Assembly: GCA_964648715.1 (NCBI GenBank) | Contig: CAZYNM010000003.1 | Location: 29,430-93,429 of the forward strand | Source: an uncultured Pseudomonadales bacterium | Lineage (GTDB): Bacteria > Patescibacteriota > Microgenomatia > UBA1400 > PJMF01 | Direction: 5' to 3' | DNA: 64,000 nt | Shown here: positions 29,324 through 39,070 of the stretch, piece by piece | How positions within the stretch are numbered: position 1 is the stretch's first letter | Layout of the letters: each line of letters opens with the position of its first letter | The notes under the pieces: generated by a model | Database searches by the model: none | The model's input: the letters and a program-made list of their open reading frames with translations, nothing else | Told to the model about the DNA's origin: nothing | Translations under genes and position numbers: made by a program

Positions 29324-30607
29324 TTACTCGTTTGTTTCAATTACTTGCCTGTCGCCCATAAATGGCTGTAACACCTCTGGAATTCTGATGCTTCCGTCTT
29401 TCTGTTGATAGTTCTCAAGAACTGCTGCCAGAAGTCGTGGTGAGGCTGCCATAGTGTTGTTGAGCGTGTACACATACTTGAGTGTCCCATCACTTGCTTT
29501 ATAACGAATGTTCAAGCGTCGCGCCTGAAAGTCATTAAAGTAACTGGCAGAGTGTGTTTCTCGATACTTATTCTGTGAAGGGAACCAAGTCTCAATATCA
29601 TACTTTTTGCGTTGCCCTGCTCCCATGTCGCCACTACACATTCGCAAAACGTGATATGGCAGCTTGAGGTCTTGAAGCAGTGATTCTGCATACCCTACCA
29701 TCTTTTCGTGCCATTTTCTGGTTTCAGTTTCATCAGCAACGGTGTACACCACCTGTTCCACTTTGGTAAATTGATGCACACGAATTACACCCTGTGTGTC
29801 TTTTCCATATGATCCCACTTCTCTTCTAAAGCACGGTGAAATGCCCACCATCTTGATGGGTAGATCTTTTTCGGTAAGCGTCTCACCCATGCGGTATGCC
29901 GTGAGAGCAACTTCTGCTGTGCCTGCCAGGACTTGATCATCCTGTGTCTGGTAGTGATCTTCATTGCCCCAAGGGAAATAGCCAGTGCCCCACATTGCTT
30001 CTTTGTTTACTAGAACTGGTGCAGTCAGTGGTGTAAACCCATCGGCGATAAGTTTGCGCATTGCGTACATGAGCAAAGCTTGTTCAAGGAGTACCGCTTC
30101 ATTTTTGAGGAAGTATGCGCGAAACCCACCAATTGCTGTAGCTCGCTTGGTATCAATAAGATCAAGTGCTTCCATAAGCTCTTGGTGTGGTTTTGGAGTA
30201 AAGTTAAACTGAGGAATCTCACCCCAAGTGCGCTCCTCTACATTCCCAGATTCATCCCGACCAAAGGGCACATCGTCAGCTGGAATATTGGGAACTGAGT
30301 AGGCAAGTTTTTGTACCTGCTCTTCAAGCTCTTTAAGTTGAGGCTCCAAGGTTTTGAGCTGTTCTTTGATTTCTTTACCCTTAGCAACCTGCTCTGTTGT
30401 GGGCTTTTCACCTTTGCCCACCATGTTTTTTATAGTTTCAACCAGCTCATTACTTTGTTGGCGTAGCGCATCTACTTTCTGTTGGACATCTCTCCTGTTG
30501 GTATCTGCTGTCAGCAACTCATCAATGCAGTCTGTGCTGAATTGTTTATTACGTGCGCCTTGTTTTACTGCTTCCGCATTTTCACGGATAAACTTGAGAT
30601 CTAACAT
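29324..30607 (-). CDS. serS: seryl-tRNA synthetase
   Basis: MLDLKFIRENAEAVKQG...coiled-coil N-terminal arm followed by a class II catalytic core. The start is set at ATG 30607; the longer annotated ORF would read into the T-box leader. Confidence 0.9.
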   Translation of the reverse strand: MLDLKFIRENAEAVKQGARNKQFSTDCIDELLTADTNRRDVQQKVDALRQQSNELVETIKNMVGKGEKPTTEQVAKGKEIKEQLKTLEPQLKELEEQVQKLAYSVPNIPADDVPFGRDESGNVEERTWGEIPQFNFTPKPHQELMEALDLIDTKRATAIGGFRAYFLKNEAVLLEQALLMYAMRKLIADGFTPLTAPVLVNKEAMWGTGYFPWGNEDHYQTQDDQVLAGTAEVALTAYRMGETLTEKDLPIKMVGISPCFRREVGSYGKDTQGVIRVHQFTKVEQVVYTVADETETRKWHEKMVGYAESLLQDLKLPYHVLRMCSGDMGAGQRKKYDIETWFPSQNKYRETHSASYFNDFQARRLNIRYKASDGTLKYVYTLNNTMAASPRLLAAVLENYQQKDGSIRIPEVLQPFMGDRQVIETNE

Positions 30608-30880
30608 GTCTCCCTTTCGTGGTTGCTCTTGTATATGCACTAAAAAACCCTCTTGAGAGTACGGATAAACCATACTACCAAGAGGGTTTTCTGTTGTACA
30701 CAAAAAACGGTGCCACCTTTTGTACTACTTCGTTCCAGCTATTACGGGCATACCCGGTGAGGTTGTAACCCCTCACAAAGCGTGTGATTTCCCACAATCA
30801 GTGCGTGCTAGGCACCGTGTTTCGCTTTGTACCTGTATGCCCGTTAGTATACTCCCTAGCAATATGCTTTGTAAAGTTAC
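30608..30880 (-). promoter_or_regulatory. T-box riboswitch leader upstream of serS
   Basis: Minus strand carries AAAAGGTGGCACCG (T-box sequence) followed by the hairpin CCCTCTTGG...CAAGAGGG and TTTTTT, ending ~30 nt before the serS ATG. The segment is near-identical to the proS leader (GGTGG(C/T)ACCGTTTTT(T)GT..ACA.CA.AAAACCCTC). Confidence 0.6.
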
Positions 30881-31149
30881 TAGGTAAGTTTAGAAAGCCA
30901 GGAGCTAACATGGATAGCAAATAGTTGTACATCTCGACCAGCATCAAAAGCAGCATCATTTTCATCTCCACCATTTATACTAAATTCGCTTCGGTAGCGA
31001 GCTGCTGCGAGTAGCTGTAGTTTATCGGTTAGATCTTCTGGTGATAACTGCGCGGCTTGCACTATAAGTTTGGCAACTTCAGTAACCAATGGGTCAGTTA
31101 ATCTTAGATACTCACTCATTCCTCTACAGCTGTGTATTTGTTCTGGCAT
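30880..31149 (-). CDS. hypothetical small helical protein (89 aa)
   Basis: The ORF sits between a palindromic site and the serS leader and has no recognisable motif. It may not be translated. Confidence 0.3.
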   Translation of the reverse strand: MPEQIHSCRGMSEYLRLTDPLVTEVAKLIVQAAQLSPEDLTDKLQLLAAARYRSEFSINGGDENDAAFDAGRDVQLFAIHVSSWLSKLT

Positions 31150-31165
31150 GTTGGTGCCTTTCTAA

Positions 31166-31188
31166 ATCGTATGAAATTTTCATACGAT
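31166..31188. promoter_or_regulatory. perfect 11-bp inverted repeat with 1-nt spacer (operator-like palindrome)
   Basis: ATCGTATGAAA-t-TTTCATACGAT in the 78-nt gap upstream of the 89-aa ORF / serS leader region. Confidence 0.4.
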
Positions 31189-31227
31189 TGATGAAAGTCT
31201 ACACCCGTGTGTGAGCAAATGCAAGTT

Positions 31228-32274
31228 TTAAGCAAAAATCTGAGAAGGAGTATACTGGGGAAGGCCTGGCAGTGATGTGAAGAGGTGTGCGTCATCTGGG
31301 TTTGTGACACATAGTCCTTTTATAAGACCATGCTTCCACCCAAAAGTAAGGTTTCTGAGTTCATGCTCACCACGAGGTGGAAGCACAAAAAATTCAGTTT
31401 GCGTTGTCCCTCGCAGCTGCATTTCATACATGACTTGCACGAGTTCATTAGGGTAGGAAATAAGAATTTGTGTTTGCGCGCCAAGTGTGTCAAAAAAGGC
31501 TGTGATTCTTTCTTTTTTATTTGGTATGCGCTCTGTGTGCATCATGCCTTTAAAAGACTGCATCTTTCCGTGTGGAGTATGAATCACCCAGTCACGTTGT
31601 TGCATGGTGAGACTTGCTCTTAGTGCTGTCAATGTGTGTGCTGGCATGCCACTTCCCGATGTTTTTATGACTACCGGCACTCCTTTGTGGATGAACGTCT
31701 CGGCATCGGGGGAAAAGCCGTCAAGCAAGAATGGGTCGACACGTTTGACAGTGTATCCTTTTTGGCGAAGATCTCTGTATGTTTCATCATTCCACACCAT
31801 AATGGTGCTGTATGGCAGGCGCATGTTTGCCAACAGTGCGCTTTGTTTGGGGCGCACATCAGGGACATAGAGCTCAATAGGATTTTTTTGATCTGTGAGG
31901 CGTTGTGGCACACCAAGCAGCATGTGTTCTTGTACCACCTTCCAGGTGTACGGAGTGCCTGCTTGAACTTCAGGAATGTGCCGAACATGATAAAGAAAGT
32001 TAAGGTATAAAGCATAGCCAAAGAGCTTGCCTGCCCAGCTACTGCGCAGCTCTTCTCCGTGTTTGAGATACTCTGTACGCGCATGCTCACTACGGGTCAT
32101 CAGTGCGTGCCCAAAGCCTGCAACTCGTGGTAAATGATGGAGGGTAATGCTATGAAATGGACTAGTTGTTGTGCGGCGATGTGTTGCTTCCAGCGCATAC
32201 AATGATGCAGGGTTGCCATCTCCAATAGAGATGCTTGTACCAACGATTAGTTCAGGATTGGATCTTGAAGACAT
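31228..32274 (-). CDS. hypothetical protein (348 aa); possibly a GT-B-like fold, function unknown
   Basis: Long ORF translationally coupled (TAATG) to the upstream 115-aa gene. I recognise no definitive motif. Confidence 0.4.
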   Translation of the reverse strand: MSSRSNPELIVGTSISIGDGNPASLYALEATHRRTTTSPFHSITLHHLPRVAGFGHALMTRSEHARTEYLKHGEELRSSWAGKLFGYALYLNFLYHVRHIPEVQAGTPYTWKVVQEHMLLGVPQRLTDQKNPIELYVPDVRPKQSALLANMRLPYSTIMVWNDETYRDLRQKGYTVKRVDPFLLDGFSPDAETFIHKGVPVVIKTSGSGMPAHTLTALRASLTMQQRDWVIHTPHGKMQSFKGMMHTERIPNKKERITAFFDTLGAQTQILISYPNELVQVMYEMQLRGTTQTEFFVLPPRGEHELRNLTFGWKHGLIKGLCVTNPDDAHLFTSLPGLPQYTPSQIFA

Positions 32275-32621
32275 TACTCCTCAAAGGATACCGCAGGGAT
32301 CTGCGATTCTTCAAGCAGATAGTTTTCTGGCTGTGTGCGCACTGCTTCAATGAGTGTTTCCAATGGCATGAGAGCTGCTGGTGCAAGTTGCACACCTGCT
32401 TTGCCCAAGAAAGCTCGAGTTACAAGTGCATCAATTCTCTGTGCTGCGTACTCTGTCATTTCTTGAGTAACCTCTTCACCTTCAGGGATGATCTCTTGGA
32501 GTTGGGTGAGAACGTTGTGTATGGCAAGCGCGTAGAGATATGGGTACTGCTCTGCAGTAGCTTGTACAATTTCCGGCTTCATACCGGCAGCTTGCATAGC
32601 TTCGTACAGGTGAATTTTCAT
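32274..32621 (-). CDS. hypothetical acidic protein (115 aa)
   Basis: The ORF has a coupled stop/start with the downstream gene and carries no motif. Confidence 0.4.
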   Translation of the reverse strand: MKIHLYEAMQAAGMKPEIVQATAEQYPYLYALAIHNVLTQLQEIIPEGEEVTQEMTEYAAQRIDALVTRAFLGKAGVQLAPAALMPLETLIEAVRTQPENYLLEESQIPAVSFEE

Positions 32622-32656
32622 AGGTATTCTGTCTTGAATATAAATACTGTGTGTGT

Positions 32657-32734
32657 CAAAAAGTAAGTGTTAACATGGGGACGTTAACACCGGGCTGAGC
32701 AAAAAGAGCAAACCCATGTTAACACTTACTTTTT
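32657..32734. repeat. 22-bp perfect inverted repeat with ~32-nt spacer (intergenic hairpin or terminator)
   Basis: AAAAAGTAAGTGTTAACATGGG ... CCCATGTTAACACTTACTTTTT, with an additional GTTAACAC copy in the loop. It lies between two minus-strand genes. Confidence 0.6.
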
Positions 32735-32739
32735 ACTTA

Positions 32740-33321
32740 TTAGCCAATGCGCTCGAGCCCATTGGGGCCAATAGTGAAGCTCATAAAACCAGCTTCACCG
32801 TCAGACATCTGTGACATTGCTGCGCGAATGGCAGAAGCAAAGTCAAAGGATTGTGATGGTTGAGCGCTCTGGTATATTCGTGGAACCTCAAGTCCAGCAC
32901 CTTCAAGAGCTTTGCGGATGAGATATGGCATATTTGTGAGATCTTCCTGCTCTGCCATAGTGCCGAGTCCCAGGCAAAGACCAGTGATGACGATCATAGC
33001 TTGTTTTTCTTCTGCAGTTCTCACTGTTTCAGGGCGAGGTGTGCCGTCTGCGTTAAATGCCTTTAACATATGATCAAAAGCATTCCTACCACAGGTGCAG
33101 CCTGCCCATGGCACTGTTGACTGCGGGTCTAGATCATCTCCATAACCCTCTTTTCGACGCATGACCGCAGTCAATGCATCTGCTTCCATGCGTGCGATAA
33201 CGCTCTCAGCCACTTGTGGCTTCAGAAGCAAAATGGCAAGATCTTTCGCACACTGGACTGCACTCAAATCTAGAGCAATAGTGGTGGCGTTCATAGTAAA
33301 ACCTCCTGTAGGTTTGGACAA
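32740..33321 (-). CDS. hypothetical protein (193 aa)
   Basis: ORF with normal composition, a Cys-x-Cys (GCTCG) and no known motif. Confidence 0.4.
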   Translation of the reverse strand: MSKPTGGFTMNATTIALDLSAVQCAKDLAILLLKPQVAESVIARMEADALTAVMRRKEGYGDDLDPQSTVPWAGCTCGRNAFDHMLKAFNADGTPRPETVRTAEEKQAMIVITGLCLGLGTMAEQEDLTNMPYLIRKALEGAGLEVPRIYQSAQPSQSFDFASAIRAAMSQMSDGEAGFMSFTIGPNGLERIG

Positions 33322-33601
33322 ATGAAAAAGTTTTTTCAGTTTTCGAGGCAGTCGCCCCTAAACTTTCTGTCTTCCACCCTATGGAGGTGGCTGACAAAGA
33401 GTCTCCGCAACCAACATACACTATTGGCTTGGGTGACTCTTCATCAACCTTAAAAAGTAAGTTTCCCCATGTTAACGAGCTTGGTCTGTGCTATCTCGCT
33501 TGTAGATTGTACGTCTGTACAATAAGCAAAATAACACATAAGAGCACACATTATATCACTACGTATCACTTGGTCAAGTCTTATGGGATGCTCAACGCGT
33601 A

Positions 33602-35650
33602 TTACTGCTTAAAGACAGTAATGAGAAAGGTAATATGATCATCAGCTTGCTTATTGATGAGTTGCATACCATGTTCAATGTCTTCTCTACTCACATTAGC
33701 AGCAAATGCTTTATCTTTGAGCTTTTTCTTGACAGACTTTGCTTCCATGTCGGCAAAGCCGTTTGGGCGCATCAAGGATGCGGCGTGCATAAGGCCAGAT
33801 AGCTCATCACATGCAAACAAGTATTTTTCTAGCTGAGATATAGGTTCTTTACCAGTCCTGCCAGGGGCATGGGCAGCTATGGCATCTTTGAGAGTTTGCG
33901 GATATGCAGGTAGCAGCTCTGCGATTGCTTTGTTGGGATGCTCGTCTGGATACTCTTCCCAGTCTAAGTCATGCAGCAAGCCTGTCTGGTACCAGAGTTC
34001 AGTGTCTTCACCCAAGATATGTGCATAAGCTTCCATGGCTTTCGCTACCATATGGCAGTGATGCAACAGCGCAGGGTTTTTAACGTAGGTGGTGAGAAGT
34101 TTTTCTGCTTCTTCCCGAGATGGTAGCGCGGTTGAGTCTGGTGTTGTTATTTTTTGACCAACAGATGGTTGTGATTCCTGAGGGCGGGTAATTGCTTGAA
34201 CTTGGGTGAGTGGACGCAAGGTGGGAAACGCGATTACTTCTTTGATACTCCAGGTGTTAGTAAGAAACATCACAAGACGATCTATCCCAATGCCGATACC
34301 ACCAAGCGGTGGCATGCCATACTCCATTGCTTCCAAGAAGTCTTCATCCAGTGGGTGTGCCTCACTATCACCGGATCGCATACGTTTTTGTTCGTTCTCA
34401 AAGATAGCGCGCTGATCTAATGCATCAGTGATCTCGCTCCAGCCATCAGCAAGCTCTTTGCCCCCAATATATGCCTCAAAACGTTCGGCAAGCCCTGGTT
34501 TGCTGCGATGTGCTTTGGCCAGTGGGCTTACGTCACGGGGATAATCAATGATCCAGATAGGATCAATGAGGAACTGAGGAACGAGCTTGTCAAAGAGTGC
34601 GAACAGTGCTTTCCCTCTGGTGAACTCACCGATAATGTCGATATGTTTGTCTGTGAGCAGGGTGCGCAACTGTTCATCGGAGTGTGCATCAAAATCAAGC
34701 TGTGCATACTTCTCCAGTGCAGCATGCATGGTGATACGGGGCCAGAGACCACCAACATCTACGGTATGCTTGCCCACTGTCAATTGTGTGCTGCCATACA
34801 ATTTGAGAGCCAAATGCTTGATAAGGCCTTCGGTCACATCCATCATCCTGTTGTAGTCGGCATATGCTTCGTACCATTCGATCATAGTGAATTCAGGCTG
34901 ATGGGTCTGATCAATGCCTTCATTGCGGAAGTTGCGTGCTATCTCAAATATTTTTTCGTAACCCGCAACAATGAGCCGTTTGAGGTAGAGCTCTGGGGCA
35001 AGGCGGAGGTAAAAGTTGACGTCAAGCGCATTCATGTAGGTGGTAAATGGCTTTGCATTAGTGCCCCCATACAGTGGCTGGAAAATGGGTGTTTCTACCT
35101 CAATAAAGTTATGTTGATCTTGCAAGTACCGTCTGGTTTCTTTCTCGATGGTCCAGCGTGCATCAAGCACTCGTTTGGTATCTGGGTTAATAAGGATGTC
35201 TAGATAGCGTTTGCGAAACCGAACTTCTTTATCTTCTGCACTATTCCATGCTGATGGAATTGGCAGTAGTGATTTGCCCAAGAATGTCATGTGCTCTGCC
35301 TGGATGGTAACTTCACCTGTTTTTGAAGTAATAACAGGCCCTGTAACACCAACATAATCGCCTGAATCAATATATTTGAATAGCTCAAATGCTTCAGTTC
35401 CAATATTCTCTTCACGGAACATCACCTGGATACTCGCAGTACTGTCTTTGAGATCAGCAAAATTGACTTTGCCATGCAGCCGCACGGACATCATCCGTCC
35501 TGCGGTGGTAACGGTGTTCCCCAACAGCTCACGGGCTTCTGCGATGCTGTGTTTTTTATCAAATGTACATGGGTGTGCAACGACCCCGGCTGCTTCAAGG
35601 CCGCGTCTTTTTTCTAGTTTTGCTGTTTTAGTTTCATCTATTCTTGACAT
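33602..35650 (-). CDS. lysS: lysyl-tRNA synthetase (class II) fused to a C-terminal HD-domain phosphohydrolase module
   Basis: An N-terminal OB anticodon-binding region precedes the class II core (motifs FRNEG, GGIGIGIDRLVM). An extra ~180 aa carries H...HD...H...D (LLHHCHMVAKAME, GLLHDLD, AAHAPG, LFACDELSG). Confidence 0.85.
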   Translation of the reverse strand: MSRIDETKTAKLEKRRGLEAAGVVAHPCTFDKKHSIAEARELLGNTVTTAGRMMSVRLHGKVNFADLKDSTASIQVMFREENIGTEAFELFKYIDSGDYVGVTGPVITSKTGEVTIQAEHMTFLGKSLLPIPSAWNSAEDKEVRFRKRYLDILINPDTKRVLDARWTIEKETRRYLQDQHNFIEVETPIFQPLYGGTNAKPFTTYMNALDVNFYLRLAPELYLKRLIVAGYEKIFEIARNFRNEGIDQTHQPEFTMIEWYEAYADYNRMMDVTEGLIKHLALKLYGSTQLTVGKHTVDVGGLWPRITMHAALEKYAQLDFDAHSDEQLRTLLTDKHIDIIGEFTRGKALFALFDKLVPQFLIDPIWIIDYPRDVSPLAKAHRSKPGLAERFEAYIGGKELADGWSEITDALDQRAIFENEQKRMRSGDSEAHPLDEDFLEAMEYGMPPLGGIGIGIDRLVMFLTNTWSIKEVIAFPTLRPLTQVQAITRPQESQPSVGQKITTPDSTALPSREEAEKLLTTYVKNPALLHHCHMVAKAMEAYAHILGEDTELWYQTGLLHDLDWEEYPDEHPNKAIAELLPAYPQTLKDAIAAHAPGRTGKEPISQLEKYLFACDELSGLMHAASLMRPNGFADMEAKSVKKKLKDKAFAANVSREDIEHGMQLINKQADDHITFLITVFKQ

Positions 35651-35681
35651 AGTCTCTTTCCTCTAGTGTATTGTACCGTAC

Positions 35682-35709
35682 AAAAAACCCCCCCGCTACC
35701 GCGGGGGGG
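35682..35709 (-). terminator. rho-independent terminator after greA
   Basis: CCCCCCCGC-tacc-GCGGGGGGG hairpin with a T-run on the minus strand. Confidence 0.75.
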
Positions 35710-35732
35710 TGTAAGTTTCAGAATTGTGTGTG

Positions 35733-36260
35733 TTATTTAATATCTAAGATCTGATACTCCATCTCCCCGCCTGGTGCGGAAACCTTACATGCATCACCCT
35801 TCTTCTTACCCATCAGGGCTTTACCAAGGGGTGAAACACTTGAGATCTTACGATCCCCAGGAGATGCTTCAAACTCACCAACTATTGTCACCGTCATTTC
35901 TTGTTTTTTGCCACTCATGGTTTGGAGGGTCACTACTGAACCCATACCAACAGCATTGTGGCTTTTTGTTGCCTTAACCACTTTTGCTGATGAGACAATT
36001 GCCTGAATCTCGTCAATACGAGTCTGGATAAGTTGCTGCTCATCTCTGGCGCTGTGATATTCTGCGTTTTCAGCAAGATCTCCGTACTCGCGAGCCTTGG
36101 CAACGCGCTCAATAACTTCGGGCAGTTTCTTTGAAGTAAGCTCAAGCAGTTCCGCGTTAAGGTCATCAAGACCTTCCTGAGTTAACTCAGCTTGTTTTAC
36201 TTGAGGTGTCGCCAATGAATCGTCTGGAGCGACTGGTTTTGCTGCTGCTTTTTTTGGCAT
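35733..36260 (-). CDS. greA: transcription elongation factor GreA
   Basis: AREYGDLAENAEYHSARDEQQLIQTRIDEIQ (coiled-coil finger with acidic tip) plus a C-terminal FKBP-like domain. It has a 30-aa N-terminal extension. Confidence 0.8.
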   Translation of the reverse strand: MPKKAAAKPVAPDDSLATPQVKQAELTQEGLDDLNAELLELTSKKLPEVIERVAKAREYGDLAENAEYHSARDEQQLIQTRIDEIQAIVSSAKVVKATKSHNAVGMGSVVTLQTMSGKKQEMTVTIVGEFEASPGDRKISSVSPLGKALMGKKKGDACKVSAPGGEMEYQILDIK

Positions 36261-36327
36261 GCTGTAAGTATACAGAAGGATTCCATCATCGCAAGAGGAC
36301 TTTTATTTTTATTATGGGACAGTTCGC

Positions 36328-36759
36328 TTAAACGCGAGAACGCTTGCTTCGTTCGGCAATTTTGATTTCTAGCAGCGCTCTTCTGAGGGCGGCTTCTGCC
36401 ATCATTCGCTCACGTTGATCCGCACTGAGTCGTAAGGTCTCATGTGCGGCGTGTACAGCTTCCTCAGCTTTTTGTTCACTGATCTCACGTGCGTGTACCG
36501 CTGTATCAGCCATAATGGTCACTTGATTGCCTGGAGAAACAGTCATAAAACCACGCGAAACAACTATGGAATCAGAGCGATCAGAGGTAACGAACCGTAG
36601 CTCACCGGTCATTAATTTAGTGACCAATGGAATGTGTCCGGGTAATATCGTAACCTCACCTTCTGAAGTCGTTACCGTGATTTGAGTCACTTCTGTATCA
36701 AGAAGCTGTCTCTCTTGTGAGACAACGACGAGATGGAGTTTCCGCATGCTACCAGACAT
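36328..36759 (-). CDS. atpC: F1 ATP synthase epsilon subunit
   Basis: Beta-sandwich N-terminus (LHLVVVSQERQLLDTEVTQITVTTSEGEVTILPGHIPLV) plus a helical C-terminus. It is the last gene of the atp operon. Confidence 0.85.
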   Translation of the reverse strand: MSGSMRKLHLVVVSQERQLLDTEVTQITVTTSEGEVTILPGHIPLVTKLMTGELRFVTSDRSDSIVVSRGFMTVSPGNQVTIMADTAVHAREISEQKAEEAVHAAHETLRLSADQRERMMAEAALRRALLEIKIAERSKRSRV

Positions 36760-36760
36760 A

Positions 36761-38167
<1,407 letters not shown>

Positions 38168-38176
38168 TTACTGTTT

Positions 38177-39055
38177 CTAGTCCGCAAGCGAAAGTGTTGC
38201 GGTAGTAATATCCAATAGTTCGCTAGTGATACTTTCTTGACGTGATTTATTGTAAATAAGCTTGAGTTCTTTAACTAAATCTTTGGCATTCTCACTGGCA
38301 TTTTTCATAGATACCATACGTGCAGAGTGCTCACTCGCCTTACTTTCTAAGAAGGATTGATAGACATTATTTTCAATGTAATATGGAAGCAGTTCAGATA
38401 AAATGGCCTTGGCACTTGGCTCAAAAGTGAATTCTTTAGGTTGATCTAAAGCGGGGTTTTCCTCTGCATCATTAGTGAGCACATTGACTTCTGTAATAGG
38501 TAAAAGCTCAAGTTGCTTGAGTTTTTGTGACAAGGTATTAATAAAGTCCATATATACAATAGTTACACTGCGGAATGTCCTATTTGTGAAGTTCTCTACT
38601 ATCAAAGTAACTAATGGCAGTACATGGGCAAGCTGAATGTTATCAGGAAAGGCGGTAAACTGGGCGAAAACTGGCATGCCAAAGTATTGTGAGAATGCAA
38701 TGCCTTTTTTACCAACAATAATGCTCGAGCCTTCAGGGTGTTGTTTGTACCAACTCATGACTGACTTGAAGATCGTTTGATTGAGACTCCCACATAGCCC
38801 TCTATCTGTAGAGATGATGACAATCACATCTTGCCCTTCAGTATGTCGTGACAGGAGCGGATGAAGCTCTGGAGTTGTTTCGCGAGCTACTTTACGTAAA
38901 CTATCTCGTAGGGCAACAGCGAATGGCCGGGCAGCAAGCGTCTGTTCTTGTGCTTTGCGCATCTTACTTGCCGACACCATCTCCATTGCCTTTGTTATTT
39001 TGGCAATATTGGTGGCGGTAGAAATTCGTTGTTTAACTTGCCGAGCGTTGGGCAT
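38177..39055 (-). CDS. atpG: F1 ATP synthase gamma subunit
   Basis: 292 aa with a conserved N-terminus (IKQRISTATNIAKITKAMEMVSASKMRKAQ) and C-terminus. Confidence 0.9.
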   Translation of the reverse strand: MPNARQVKQRISTATNIAKITKAMEMVSASKMRKAQEQTLAARPFAVALRDSLRKVARETTPELHPLLSRHTEGQDVIVIISTDRGLCGSLNQTIFKSVMSWYKQHPEGSSIIVGKKGIAFSQYFGMPVFAQFTAFPDNIQLAHVLPLVTLIVENFTNRTFRSVTIVYMDFINTLSQKLKQLELLPITEVNVLTNDAEENPALDQPKEFTFEPSAKAILSELLPYYIENNVYQSFLESKASEHSARMVSMKNASENAKDLVKELKLIYNKSRQESITSELLDITTATLSLAD

Positions 39056-39070
39056 AGATGTGTCGTGTTG

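Noticed and set aside
30880-31149. The 89-aa ORF as a possible transcription factor bound by the adjacent palindrome.
   Set aside because: No helix-turn-helix or other DNA-binding motif is recognisable. It is kept only as a low-confidence hypothetical CDS.
35651-35732. A possible T-box leader upstream of lysS, by analogy with serS and proS.
   Set aside because: There are only 82 nt between greA and lysS. The sequence contains the greA terminator hairpin but no GGTGGNACCG T-box sequence.
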